From NCBI GenBank assembly GCA_965153455.1, contig OZ234493.1:26712213-26776212 (forward strand): a stretch of DNA of 64,000 nt, in the 5' to 3' direction. The notes below the pieces were generated by a model. That model was given only the letters and a program-made list of their open reading frames with translations. It was not told the origin of the DNA and searched no databases. The stretch comes from Sphagnum compactum (lineage: Eukaryota). How positions within the stretch are numbered: the stretch's first letter is position 1; each line of letters opens with the position of its first letter. The position numbers and the translations under genes were made by a program. Below, one piece after another: positions 38,439 through 52,840 of this stretch.

Positions 38439-41400
38439 TATAATGTTCTATTCCACTATTGAATACATGTAGTTTCTGCAGCTTGCATTCAATCCTCTTG
38501 CAACTTCTCCCACTCTATGATTCTGTAAGTTAAAACTTTCACTAAAGCATTGTCTCTTTCATTTCCACCAGCAACTGGCACCGTGTACTTTGTAGGCATC
38601 AATGGATGTAATCCATACATTAATTGATATGGTGTATACCTTGTTGCTACTTTGTGTGCAATTCTGTATGAAAATAACACTATCGATAGATGTTCATCCT
38701 AATTTGTTATATTCTCACTAACTAACTTGGTCAACAATGTCCCAAGTATTTTGTTAGTAGACTCAACTTGCCCATTCCCTTGAGGATAATAGGTTGTAGA
38801 ACTCTCACGTGTTTCAACAAAAAATGATCTGTCAAATATTTGATGGCATCATTAATGAAATGAACTCTTTGATCTATGATGATAGTTAAAGGACATCCAA
38901 ACCTGGTTAATATGCACTCATATAGAAATTGTTGTAGTATGAGTTTTCAATGCTCTTGCTTCCACCCACTTTGTAGCATAATCTGTGGCTATAATAATAT
39001 ATTTGTTTCATGTATATCTTCCTATTGGCTTAATTGGCCCCACAAAATCAAGTCCCCATTTCATAAATGGTTCCTTTGGAAGACTTGTAGCTAGCTTTGC
39101 AAGACTTTGAGTTACCAATCCTCCTGCTTTTTGACATGCATCAACACAGGATTTGCAGTAATCATGCACATCTTTGTACATAGTTGGCCACCAATATTTA
39201 GCATCCAATATCTTCCTTCGCTTTATTTCAGTTGCAAAATGCCCTTTTGATGGTCCTTCATGTAGTTCTCTCATCACCATTTGTGTTTCTATAGTTGTCA
39301 AACATCATCGCAATTTGTTGTCTTGGCCCATCTTGTACAATTCACCATTCTTCAGTGTGAAAAACTCTACTCTCCTAACCAATCTTTGCTTTTGTTGTAC
39401 AGATAATGTGCCATCAATCTATCTTGTTCTCAGAAATTCCTTCACATCTTTCAGCCATTTAGGTTCTATGTAAAACAAACTTGCATTTGTGGTTTGATCA
39501 GGCACACCTGTGGGTTTTGTAATATCTCATAGTCTTAACAATGCATCTACAACTAGAGTTCTACCTGGCTTATACATTAACGTGAAATCATATTCCAAGA
39601 ACAATAAAAACCATTTTGCTATTCTCCCTGAAACTTGTGGTTTGTTGACCAAATAGACTAATGCCATATGATCCATATAAAAGACAAACTTATTGCCTAG
39701 CAAATAATGTTTGAACTTGTCCAAAACAAAAACCATTATTAAAGCTTTTCTTTCTGTTGTGCTATAATTATATTTTGCTTTGTTCAGAAGCCTAGAAGCA
39801 TACACTACTAGTTGATCACTCTTCCCTATTACATTCTGAGACAACAAAGCCCCCCAGCTAATTAACAAGGATGCATCTATGTGAACATGAAACTCCACCT
39901 ACCAATTTGGTGATATCAATATGGGTGCTTCAATATACTTTTGTTTGATCAATTCCCAAGCGTTCAAACATTCCTTTGTCCAAAAAAAAGTCTCTATCTT
40001 TTTTGTTAGTTTAGTGATAGGTGCCATAATAGCAACAAAGTTTTTGATAAATCATCTATAAAACTATGCCATCCCATTGAATATTTGAATTTGTTGTGGA
40101 TTTTTAGGTGGTGGCATCTTTATTGTTGCTTGTATTTTTTATTGGATATGGTAATTTCCCTTGTTTGGAAATAATAAAACCCAAGATCATCCCTAAAAAT
40201 ACCATAAATGCACATTTGTCTATATTCAAACTAATGTCATATTCTCTACACTTTTGAAAACATAATCTGAACTTCTGCATATGACTCTCCATGTCACTAT
40301 ACACTGTAAAATCATCTAGAAATATCTTCATAAAATTGTCCAAATATTTTATAAATGTTTTGGTAACAACACTCTAGTATGTTGGAGGTCCATTATTAAC
40401 TCCAAACAGCATCACCTTCCATATAAAAGCCCCCCAATCTGTAACAAATGCAGTATTGTATCTGTCCTTTAGAGCTATAGAAATTTAATGATATCTTGAA
40501 TATCCATTTAAGAAATAATATGCCTCATACCCTACTATTGTGTTCAACATTTCATTTGTGAAAGGTAATGGGTATGGATCCTTCTTCATTGTTGCATTTA
40601 GTTTTTTGAAATTTATACAAATTCCCAACTTGCCATTTTACTCGAGTACTATTACTATGGGTGATAACCATGTAGCCTCCTCTACAGCTTGAATGAATCT
40701 AATTGCTAACAACTTATCTATATTTTGTTTGACTTATATAACATAGTTTGGATTTAATATGTACCTAGCTTGATGTGTCAATGGGGTAGTAGTGTCCAAC
40801 TCAATTATGTGTTGTGCCAGCTTTGGTGGAATCCCTTTTAGATCTTTGTATGTCCATGCAAAAACATATTTGAATTCCTTCAACAACTGCTCCACTTCCA
40901 ACACCTTGCCTGTTTCTAGATTTGCATTAATGTTCACCATCTATGACTCTACATTAGTTCCCAGATTGAGTTTCATCAATTGTTGATCTTCAGTTAACGT
41001 CCATCTTGCTATCTGCAATTCATGTGCTTTGATTTTTGTTGGAGTTTCATCCACTGCAACACTCCCTAGTTGACGATTGTAGTATTTTTCGAATACATCT
41101 TATTGTCCGGAGCTACTTTTGGCTCATATTCATTGCCAACTATCTTCTTCTTTGTGCTTTGTACTCCAAATTCTTGCTCTAAAATACTAGTATTCACTTA
41201 TGTATCCATGATATCTACATCTGTGGTTTTCACATATTGAATTATCTCAAGTATTGAAATTGTTCCTATTGAGAACAATTTTGGCTCTGTAGCAAAGATG
41301 ATATCTTCTTCCTCATTTGTGATACCATTCTAATAGTCGTAGCACAGTAACATTTCTAGTCTTCTTATTTCACCTGCCAAATGTTTGGTGATTGTAATTG

Positions 41401-44400
41401 TTCGGATTGTCCCACTCCCTTGTATGGTAACAATGTTACTCTCCTGATAATTTGCCACTTTAGCATCCTTCAACCACGGTCTCCCTAACAACATGGAATA
41501 ATTATAATCTACCACACTATTTTGAAGTACAGTAAATGTAGTTATGTAAGGAATGCCATGAACATATATCTTTAAATCTCTAATCAACCCCACTGGTTTT
41601 GTGGTTGTTTGATCTGCCATCTTCAAATTATATGGTGCAGGTTTAGGCTTTGGAAGTCCCAACCTCAATCTCAATTGTTCTATGATAATATTAACTCCAG
41701 AACCTCCATCCAGCAACACATCCTCTATTGTATTCTTCCTAATCTATACTTGGATAACTACCATATGATTATATATTGCTACAATTATTGCTCTTACCTT
41801 TGGTACTGAAGAACCAACTTGTTTATCTGTGGTTGTTCTACTTACATTCTGAATTTTCTTTGGTTTTAGCTTCTGCCACATATATCTCCATAACTCGGGA
41901 GATATTTTAAGCAATTGTCCCAAGTTCAAAGTATAACTTGTTTCTAACATCTACTTACCAATGTTTAGAAAAATCTCTTCTATTGTGATCAATTTCTCTT
42001 GTGAATTCACTACCTTTTAAGATTTTTCTGTTTCCACAAGAATAATATTTGGCATACTTGCCAAGTTGTGTTTCATCCCTCCATGGATGTGGATGGCCCT
42101 TCTAGTTGGGTTTAATTATCTCCACCATTGACTTCTTCAATCGTTCTTCTTTCTCCCAATTAATAGTATTCTTTGTTTTCTTTAGTTTTTTATCTTTGAA
42201 CACATGTTCTTCAGTTGTTTTACTTCTTGTTGTACCATTAACATCCACCACATTCACATTTCCAATGACTGTTTGGATCTCAACAATAGGTTGAACCTTT
42301 ACTACTACCATAGATTTTCCATGAAACATCTTCTGCATCTCAGCAAACTTTGGACAATCTATCATTTTATGTCCATTCAAACCACAAATGTGGCATGTAT
42401 ATGAGATGTCTTCTATGGTTTTTGACTTGGTTGTGCTGCCTTTTGGTTACCACTGTGGTCTGTTCTTTCTTCTTTCTGCATGTCTTCACATTGTGATTCG
42501 TCATCCACAATCTGTGCAATATTTTTCAGTCTTCCCTATATTACTTTGTGTTTTTGTTGGTGCTGTTTGTTTGGTATTTTGTGGTGCTGAAAGTGCACTC
42601 TTGCCTCTGTAGTAGTCATGTCTTCTTTACACAACATTGTCACCTCCTTATGTTATTATAGTGTTGATTGTTTCATCCATGTAGTCACAATTCTGAGGTA
42701 TGATTGCAAACTTGCTCTAAACATAGTAATCAAAAAACTATATGTGGTTGGTACTTATAAACCATGAACCAACTTCTGAATTTGTTCATATAAACCTCCA
42801 CCTTGTCAATATCCTCCTGCTTCATGTTCTTTAGCTCTATGTGTATTTGTTCGTCATTTTAAATCTTTCGATGACGTTTGCAAAATGCCTATGTAAGCTC
42901 TAAAAAAATACAGTCAAGGAATTTTGACATGTAATTATGGCACCAGTTTGATGTTATATCTTTTAACGTATAACTAAACACATTAATGATATACTTTTCA
43001 TAAGTCTATGCATTTGCTTTTACTGCAAAATTAAACTTTCTGACATGAATATCTGGATCAACATCTTTTTTTAAATCAAGATACTTAAGAGCTACCCTAT
43101 TTGGCTTAACAAAATGGCCATCTCTATGATCATGAATTTGTACAACTATAATAGATGGTTTTCGATATCATTTTCTTGGATTTGTTGCATTTACACTTTT
43201 GTACCTTCTAGCAGCCATTGAGTTCATTGGTGGTCGATTTGTAGTTTTGTTCACATGAGTAGTCATTATCCGATTGGGAAACACCATTTGGGGTGTCTCG
43301 ATAACCCCAACAGTTGTTATTGGTAGTGCCAAATTTTGACTCAAGTTCCTTATTGCTGAGACTCCACCCGATCCACTATCCAAAATTGTTACAGATCCAA
43401 TTAGTACTCCACCTCTGATAATATTTGTGTTAGGTGCAACCAGTATTTCCATTCATGTGGTTATTATAATAACCACATGAATAACATTAGGTGATCTAAT
43501 AACCTCTATTCTAGCAAGTTGTCTCCGAATTTTAGCAATTATTGCTTCTGACACTCTTGGGGTGAAGCTAAATTGTTTCGAATGTGACGATGCCCCATTC
43601 TATGGTTACCCATTAATATTCTATGTGGTGCACATTGTGGATGTGAATACACCTTTGGTGCTTTGTTCTTGAATTGAATGGATGGACGAATATGTTGATT
43701 TTGTGGTCCCAATTAACCTCTTAACTCCATGCCTCTCAATCTATTTTGGACTACAAAAATTCCTGGTTCCTGGTCTTGTGATTGATTCACTAATTTTCTT
43801 GCCACATTTTGTAACTCTGCATGTCTAACAATATGTACTCTAATGTGAAAATGCACAAAAGGACAATCCATGATTGCATGTCCTTCTTCCTCATAGAATG
43901 CACAAACCTTTAAAAAATAATTTGACTACCTTTGAATCCATAGATATATGATCCCGTGTTTTGGATGTGTACCTTGTTTGATCCAATTCTGGATTCCTTT
44001 GATGTGAATATGATTATGGTATTTCAGCCAACACATTCACCTATGCCTCTACATATTCAAATGGTTATAGGTAACCTCAGTCTCTTCAACCACATTGATA
44101 TTGGTGTTTTCTTCCACCTTCCAGTCTTCCATTAGTTCATAGTAATTTGGAGATGCAAATTGATACACAAAGTTGGGTTGTATACCTCTTGTAACATCCC
44201 TTCCTTAGCTATTCACTGACTTTGGACTTGAAATTTCCTACAACTAATTAGGTACTGTAGAAGTCCCTGCTTCGTCTTGATCTTTTCAAATCTGAACCAC
44301 AAATTACGGTTGAAAAGTATATTGCACCCATTCGTTTCGGTGAATAGTCGATTGCATCTCTTTCCGTGGAGATCATCATTTGTAAGTGCCTTTTCTAAAA

Positions 44401-44870
44401 ACCTCTAGTCCATACTTCACACCGTACCACTTCTTATGGTAGAAATGACATTTGCCATGTAGGTATTTCCTCTATTCTCAAAATTCATATGTCCAACATT
44501 ATATTCCAATATGGGGTTTTTGTAAGCCTTACATACTCCTCTTCATTTTCAAGATTATCTTTTGTTCGTCTTTTAGTGACTTGACAATCTGCCTCCAAGA
44601 CCAATTGTTGTTGTAAACTTCGGATTACCATTCGATTCATCTTGTTTCACAATCCTTCGTCTTCAAAGTCTATAGTTCGTTTTGCAATCCTTACAACAGC
44701 AACCGTTTAGACCTTTGATACTTTCTACCGTACCCCTTTAAATTTTGAATTAGAAAACAAAATCACTTATTTGAACCCTTTCATCTACAGTATAACAACA
44801 AAAATTGTAGAAAAACTTGTTCATTATTGTAATAAAAATAGAAAAAAAAATCCACAAGATGGTCGCCAAA

Positions 44871-45497
44871 TGGTAGAAGTGATATTTAATCCTTACAAAA
44901 TTAGTTCACACTACTGTAATAACAAATTTACACTACAATATGCACACATTCACAATTTTTGCCCTAATTCTAAACACACTTGATTCTATAGTTCATTAAA
45001 ACACCATATTCATGGTTATTTCATATAACTAGAATTTGCACTTTAGAATACAATGCTGAAAAATCCAAAGACAAAATTACAATTCATTTCATCATATTTT
45101 GATACTACAACAAATTCACACAATAATCTGAACATAGAAATCCTTACAAAAGTATGTACTTCTTTGTTTTACTGAAAATTACATCAAAATTATATCAAAA
45201 TTTCATGTTTTGTTGAAATGAAATCAAAACAACAAATAAATTTGTGGTATATCCAAAACAAAATCAATGGTTTTTAACTACAAAATATTTAAAGCTCTCT
45301 CTTACTCTTCCCAAAATTGTGTGTCTAATCCTCCCCTCCTTCATCCTAGAACTCCCCCTTTTGGGCAGTCCCAAGTCACATCATCATGGTTCCAAAAACA
45401 ACAAAAATTCAAAATTCAAACTAACATTGTTCCATGATTAGTCCCTATCCAAATGCCTTGTTCATCCAAACCATGTACTCATCCTACCCCCTTAACA
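44871..45497 (-). repeat. Gypsy 5' LTR
   Basis: Direct repeat of 33257-33881, next to the PBS and followed by TSD aaact. Confidence 0.93.
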
Positions 45498-46994
45498 AAA
45501 CTTTAAACCATTTTGGGTTGATTTTCCCACCAATAATAAATTCTTCAACAATTTTGGCACATGCAAATACACCTTATACTTACGTCTTCAATCTCAAATT
45601 TAATTAGATTAATACATTTTCAATGCCAGTTGTTTCTTGTGTACTATCATCCCCTAGATATACAATTTGTTGAATTGGTAAATTCAGTGTAAGATGTGAA
45701 CCACTCTCTTTTGGGGGTCATGTGTTATGTTGCTTTAAAATCTAAATACCACACTTCAATTGATAATTGACATAATGTAAACAGTTGTGAATTTTCATTT
45801 ATAACAATATCTGGGTTGTTATTTATGACATGACATGGCATATTAAACCCCACTATTTGGGGTTTCATTGCAACATTATTTGCTTGGGTTTTAGAGATAC
45901 CCTTTGCTCAATCCACTATGCGAAATCAACATTCCTTTGCATGGTTGTTGGGTTTTTGACAATAAAAACATGGTCCTTTTTTCAAGCCTTGATTATTTTG
46001 GTTTTGAGAATTCAAATTAGACTTTAAATTATCACTTTGAGTATTTTTTCCTCATTGTGTTTTGTATGTCATCTTTGTGAAAGTTTTTTCATAATTGCCA
46101 TCAAATGCAATAGTTAAATTTGAAGAAATACCCCCTAATATATATACTAATATATATTTTAATGCTTGACATAACTTATCAAAAGTCAAATTGGGTTGAT
46201 TACCCACTAAACTTACAAAGCTTCTATAAAAGCTTGGTAAAGCACATAACAATTGAAGGGTTAATTCATCATCAGAGTATGGAACTCCAACTCCTATTAA
46301 TTGATTTCCAATCTTAAATATTTTTCCAAGAAAAATGTGACTTGTTCATCATCTTTCATTTCCAACAATTTGGAATTTTTTATTTAAGACATCAATAGTT
46401 GTTTTGTCCTTGAATGTTCATACATCAATTTAAGGACACCACCTTTGTAGTTTTATGCGGTGTGATTACTTCTATTTGGACATCCCTTAAATTAGAAACA
46501 ATATTAGACTTGGCCTTTTTGTCTTAGAATTTCCATGTCTTTTGTGCATCAAGAATTGCAGTACCTAGATCAGGTTTCATACCATCAATTAAAGGTATTA
46601 AATCATTCATCATTAAAATCGTATTTAATTTGATATTCCAAATTGAGTAATTTGTCCCATTCAATTTTTGAATTTTGAAATCACTTTAATTATTTTGTGT
46701 TATTATTGACATTATTGCTTTCAATTTGAACAACAATTTGTCTTTCCTTTTTCTTTTATGTCATAAAATATTTATCAACAATATATTTCATGTGACCACA
46801 AATTGATTCCTTCAACTTTGTTGTCACTTTTTCCATTATGTCATATTGATCTTTAATTTTGATTTTGGACATCAAATCATAGATGAACTCAAACTCAAAG
46901 AACACACCATGTTGAATTTTATTTTTTTTAAATTTCTTTTTCTACATACTCCATTTTGAAGTTTTGACACATGATTAACCTTGCTTTAATACCA

Positions 46995-47189
46995 TATTAG
47001 GATTTTTCAAAGATCAAACTATTGTCATTATTTTAACAATCTTATGTTACAAATTTATGTGTTCACAAAAGTGAGGATATGAGAAAATCTATAAAAACAA
47101 AGTACCAAATGTCACAACCCGTCATAACAAGCAGATAATAATAGGGATGAAGTAATGAAATGAAGCTTCATCCATCTAATTTTCCTACA
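46995..47189 (-). repeat. Copia 5' LTR
   Basis: Direct repeat of 30287-30481, next to the Met-type PBS. Confidence 0.9.
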
Positions 47190-48769
47190 TATGTTCATTC
47201 AAAATTTCTATAACATGTTTTTGGTGGCAAGTTTTAATGGTGGACAATGGCGGGCTACTCAAAATTCAAAGTACATTGTAGTTGAATTACAACTTTTGAA
47301 GTTTAAGCTTTATGTTCATTGTGTTCCTTTTGTGATTTCTTCTTAATGGTGATTATGTTGTAAAGGCTACCACCATAAAATTTTGATTCTTGAATTGTCA
47401 CTAGTTAGTAGGTCATCAATTATATCTCAATCTAAACTATTGGAAACATCAAGGTGTTCAAGTGCCGCAATGCAAATGGCAAGCACGATATGAAGTAAAG
47501 TTTTGTCAAATTGCATGCTACAATTTTTTTAAGCTCACAAAGTTGGTGGGCATGTTATATTTTATTGTTTTTTTAAATTAAAAAAAGTCAAATGTGCATT
47601 GTGTGTTGTTTTTGCATTTTTCAAGTTGTTTTTGCGTTCAAATTATTTTTCTTTTCAGTTTTGATTTCTTGAGGTTATTTAGTCAATGTTTGTTACTCAC
47701 AATCTTGAAAGTCAACTTTAAGGTGAACACACTATTGGGGGGGGGGGGCAACTTGGGCAGTCTCATGACATGTGTGTAAAATATACACCTACAAAATGTG
47801 TTGCATTTAATTTTGGGTTTCATTTTTGGTGTTTGGGCTTGATATTTTTATTTTCACAAAGTTAATGTTATTTTATATTATTTGAAATAATAACATTTAT
47901 ATATTAGATTCAAGGAATAATGGGAATATTTATGGTATATGCAATATAATAGAACCACTTATTTCTTTGGACTACACTAAGTTTGAGTTTGAATTAATCA
48001 ACCAATAAATGTTTGAAATGAAATTTTAAAAGATGGTTTACTTCACATATGTTTTCATCTTCCATTTTAAAATGATTGTTTGTCAAAATGTTAGTTTACC
48101 ACATATTTACGGTCATCACCTTGAAAAACACCAATTTGTTATATGATAATTATCAAACTCTTCACATGGTTCACAAACTTATTCCAATCATATGGAATCA
48201 CAATGTTTAGTATATACTACAATTTAGTAGATGTTACAAATTTCATAAAAACTAAAATCATTTCAATCCTTTCTTGAACATATTTGCATTTTTAATATGA
48301 TGTTCAATGTATATTTTTTGGCACAAATGTCTCTAACATCACATCATATGAAATTTGAAATTTTAGTTTCTTTGGTATTTGACTTCTTTGGATTTTGACC
48401 TACCATAATATGCATAACACATTGTGAAAATCCTCAACAATAATGACATGGCTAAAGTTCAAACATGGGACCCCTATAAAACAATACAATGTGACAACAA
48501 TCTTAACACCCCTTGTAGTGTGCTTTCACCCTTTAGTCAAACTAATTCCCTTTCAATTATAATATATATGGTTCCATTACAACTAACCAATTTCAAGTTT
48601 AGACTCTTTTTCATGAGGTTGGGTTTAAGCATTCCCCTTCTTGCTCCAAGTCAAATTGTGTGTTCTCAACTCCAAGTTTCTCCCTTTTTCCAAGCATTAA
48701 TTGATTCCAACCAAGTAGCTCCCAAGATAATGAACCAACTTTCAAAAAGCTCAATAAGCCTTATGATGA

Positions 48770-51700
48770 ATTGAAAGTTTTCCAAAACACTTGGGCTACA
48801 CAATTTCCTTGGGTTCGATCTATTTTAGGACCATATGGTTTAATTTCTCAAGTTAAGTGCATCAAGTGCAAGCACGTTAAGGGAATCTTGTTTGTGATCC
48901 TTGTTTTTTGAGTGAAAGTAACCATAAAATAGATATCAATATAGAAAAACTTTGAAATATTCTTTAGTTTAATGATCAATATGAGGATGCCCTTTGATTC
49001 TAGTATAATAATAATATGTTTTATGTTCTTAATATGCATGTAAATAGATTTTTGAAAGTGCAAGTAGATGTAAACATGTGTCCCAAATTGGTTTCAAGTA
49101 GATGAAAATAGGACTTTAATTGAACTTTTGGTAATTTTAAGTTGATGGCACACTAAAATTATTATTTACTTTAAACTTTTGCATAGTAAAGGTCATATTT
49201 TGCCAAATATCTAACTTAAAAAATAATTTAAAAGTAAGTTCTAGCACATTTTACCTAGCTACTTTAAAACTTACTTATTGCATATTTTTCTTACACTAAA
49301 GTTTTTGAAACTCGATATGCAACTTATTATAAACTTAATGAAATGTGTGATGGTTTCATAATGATACTTGAAGAGGTTTTGAATTTACTTTTTTACATTT
49401 ATATAAAAATAAAGGATTATGGTCTACTTTTATGGATTATGGTTTTTTTTTTGGGCTTTCTTTTTTATGTTTGCTCCTTATTTTATTTTTTACCATTGAG
49501 AAAAAAAATAATTCCTATCAAGTAAGTTGGATACCCTCCATAAACATTTTGGTTGTCACAAGACAATTTTTGCCACAATTGATGTTGTTGGAAAATGGTA
49601 TTACAACAAGGATGCAACTCACAACAAAAATGAAAGGATGTATATTGGTAGAGGTCAAAATTTTGTCTTCAACATTGTTCAATTTGGAAGTCATGCAAGC
49701 TTTGAAAAGAAATTAGTCCAATTCGCAAGTATATTTCATGCATTAAATCATGGTCAACCAATGACAAAGATTGAAAACCTTAAGGACTTATATGTGTTGT
49801 GGAATGTGAAGAATAATACGAAGAAACATTGGACTAATAGTATCGAATGGGGAATGGTAAAATGCATGCATGAAATTGTTTTGAAAAAGACAATTTCTAT
49901 TGTGCAAGAATCTATTTTCTTTACTTTGAGTGCAAATGAAATGATGACCATCAATAATCAACAATGGATCAATGTGCATGTTTATGTGATGAAAAACTAG
50001 CTTCACATATTGATCTTATGTACCCTTGAGCATGTCAAGATAGGTGCAATAGCTGAAAACATCATTGGCAATAATATTTTGCAGAGAATGATCAAGTTCA
50101 ATGGTCTAATTGGGGAGCAACTTGCATCTTGGTGGGTTTGTTTCAATTATCACAATGATTCCATGTTTCAAGGCCTTTGCACATGCATCATTACTCAAAT
50201 AAAGGATAACACAATTCTTTATTTCATCAATTATCAATGAACATTGCATGACACATTGAAGGAAGTTGATGGTTTTTTTTTGTTGAAGTTGCCTTTGGTG
50301 TCTTCATTGAAGTGATGTTACAATCTCAATATTCCTTCTTTATTCACAACCCCCAAGAACACCTTGAGTTTTTTAAGCTTGTAAAAACCTTGACTACTAA
50401 AGGTTAAAAGTTGCCTAGGAACATGAAAACATGTTGGATCAACCTATCAAGCCTTCTAAAATGGGTAATATCAAAGTACATGGCATATTCACAATCAGGG
50501 TACCATTTTTTGACCACATGACCCAAGGACTTTGTTTTTGCTATCTTCCAAATATAAAATCTAAATGGAATAAATTTAAGTGTGAGATATTGGATAATTT
50601 ACATGGTGGTGGTGATTTTTCACATGTGTATGTAATTATGCATAAATATTTTGGTAAAAATACAGAAATGTAAAAAATGAGTACATAAGCTTTTATATAT
50701 AACTTTTTTTTTTTTTGCATGAAAATTCCATGTACATTTTGTCAATGCTTGGGGCCACAAATTTTAAGCTTAGCGAATAAAAAAAATCAACCAAATGGAA
50801 AAAAGGAATCATTTTATTTGTTCCCCTTTTAGAATGAATTTTGTAGCCTTCAAAATTCTTATATTACATATTATTTAATCAAATGCATTATATGAACATT
50901 GCCAAACATATATGTATGCATTACTTATCCATGAAATGTTTTTGAAGTCAATTGCATTTTTTAATACATTCCTTTTGATTTCTTTAAAATGAAAATTGCA
51001 GTTAAGACAAATACTCAAATTACTTAAAAGGACTCAAAAAGACATATATATTATATCCGATTTATTTTTAAATTTTTTTAATAGATTAACATGACATCAT
51101 TTCTACTTATAGCCATATACCAATGGCCTATAATCATGAAATAATAAATGTAATAAAAATCCAAAATAATCCTTTGCAATCCTTTTTTTGTTAGACTGTC
51201 TTTTTCAGTACCCTGATTATGAATAGGCCCTACAAGTCTTTCATTTTGAAGATCCATTTGGATTCAACAAAAAAAAGGTTTTCCAAAACAACTTGATTTT
51301 GTTTAGTGATCCTAAGTTCATTCTTGGTTTGCCTTGCCTTTTGCCAATGTTGAATGTCATGCACACATTGATCAAATTTGCACAACGTTGAAATGTGTTC
51401 ATTATTGAATTCATGGATGTTGTCAAGCTTGCAAAGGCTAAATTGTTTCATTTGTACGCTAATCCATATTTTTCCCTTGAAGAACTTGTGTTTGATGCCT
51501 TCAATTCTTTGATCAACCACTTAACTAAGTAGTTGCTTCTACCATGCGATTCACCAAGTTAATGCAATCACAATGGCAATTGAGGTTTAATGAACTTACA
51601 CAAATGCAACCCAAACTTTCATTTCAAAACTACAACTGATATTCCCAATGCATGAAATTATGAGTGCAATGTGAATGGTTTATCCTTAATATTCGTTAAA

Positions 51701-52150
51701 CAAAAAGATATTTAATGTGACATTTTAAGTTGATTTGGTAATGATCAACATTTAATTTTGTGTTGCAAAGAAAACAAAGTTGGAGTCTTTGTTTTTCCAC
51801 TTTTTGACTTTTAGTTGCTCGACGTACAATCTTCAATTTCTTGTGTAACCATGTTTCACAATCCAAAGTTAGTAATGGTAGAAAAATAAGTAAAAACCAT
51901 GTTTATAATTTGTGGATGAAGGTCAACAGCTCCCTCATTTTGTCACAATAGTTGAGTGAATACATCAAACTTGTTGAAATAATTATAGTTCATGTGTTGG
52001 GTTTAGTGGAGGACGAAAGGACATTTAGCAATTTGACCTTCATGAAAAGTAGGTTGTAAAACTGTCTAACTACACATCTTGATGTTTGTGTTTGCATATT
52101 CAACCAAAAAAATTCAACCTCTCTACATTTCCATATGAAGATGTTGTTAT
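48770..52150 (+). mobile_element. Degenerate hAT-superfamily transposase (ZNF862-like), fragmented and possibly intron-containing
   Basis: About 48780: FQNTWATQFPWV...QVKCIKCKHV (TTF-type zinc-finger-like). 49527-50000: ...KKHWTNSIEWGMVKCMHEIV...FFTLSANEMMTINNQQWINVHVYV. About 50410: LPRNMKTCWI (similar to 'TRW'). About 51990-52100: VLGLVEDERTFSNLTFMKSRL*NCL, matching the hAT C-terminal dimerisation motif 'S---ER-FS-----K---RNRL'. Confidence 0.8.
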
Positions 52151-52744
52151 GGGTCAAAAAGATCATAAGTTGAGGTACCAAGTAGATTGGTAGAACTCTA
52201 GTGTTACAAGGCAAATTTATTTAACATTTCTTTTGTTTTTGAGGCATCAAGTTTTATTAGTTTCAAATTGCAACACACCTAATGTGTTTTTAAATGCAGT
52301 AAAGTTGCTCATTTGAAGCATCTTATTTTTATTTTGTTTTGTTTTTGTTGCATTGTTTATAGTTGCAAGCATACGTGTTGATTTTTCTCATTTGGTAGTC
52401 ATGCACATGTAATTGGTTGTACATTATATGCTAGGAAAGCAAGTTGTGTGTGTTCTTTTGGGTGTTGGGGTGGGATGTTTAAAAGGTGGGTTGTTTGTTG
52501 GGTTTTTTTTCTAATGTGTTGAGGGTGCAAAAGTTTCTTGTTGCATGGGCAAGACCTTTATGGTCAAGGTTCAATTCCCTTGGGAAAGCTTTTTTTATAA
52601 TTAAGTTTTGAAACATTTGGCTTGAGCAATTCAAATCTATAATATGTATGGATAATGAGTATTAGGTTTTGGGTATGCTAAGTGCTCTTAACTAGTTGTG
52701 TGTCACCAAAATATAGATGTTAAAAGCATGGTCATCACCAAAAT

Positions 52745-52840
52745 ACGAATGGTCACAATACCAAGATTGCCAGAATACAAATGGTCATAATACCAAGATT
52801 GCCAAAAATGGCTATGTTCAAAATTCAATGATTGCCAAAA
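52745..52840. repeat. Short tandem repeat of about 31 bp (3 degenerate copies)
   Basis: aatggtca(c/t)aataccaagattgcca occurs twice, plus a degenerate third copy. Confidence 0.6.

Larger units (their letters stand above)
33257..45497 (-). mobile_element. Full-length degenerate Ty3/Gypsy LTR retrotransposon (non-chromovirus, Athila/Phygy-like) nested in the Copia pol
   Basis: LTRs 33257-33881 and 44871-45497 with TG...CA ends. Perfect 5-bp TSD aaact. PBS-like tggcgacca (minus, about 44860-44868). PPT agaggggtaa (minus, 33882-33891). Minus-strand domains: gag about 43100-42600, Zn knuckle CHICGLNGHKMIDC (about 42400), PR LLDGGSGVNII (41330-41719), RT FLDDFTVYS (40104-40343), RNase H FHVHIDAS (39527-39898), INT HEGPSKGH...CKSC..CQ and WGLDFVGPI (39008-39301), GPY/F KWFGPYKV (38022-38243). 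Confidence 0.94.
30287..47189 (-). mobile_element. Full-length degenerate Ty1/Copia LTR retrotransposon, interrupted by a nested Gypsy
   Basis: Two 195-bp LTRs (30287-30481 and 46995-47189). TSD catgt/tatgt. PBS-like tggtattaaagc on the minus strand (similar to tRNA-iMet TGGTATCAGAGC) at about 46983-46994. PPT atagggaggg at 30482-30491. Domain order on the minus strand: gag KLNGTNYSIW (about 46660), PR EVWYLDFKAT*HMT (about 45750), GAG-pre-integrase KWYLRLGHCN, INT ELIHSNVCGPM (32719-33186), RT YVDN (31037-31495), RNase H NPKFHEQSKHIAIRYHF (30504-30716). Confidence 0.93.
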
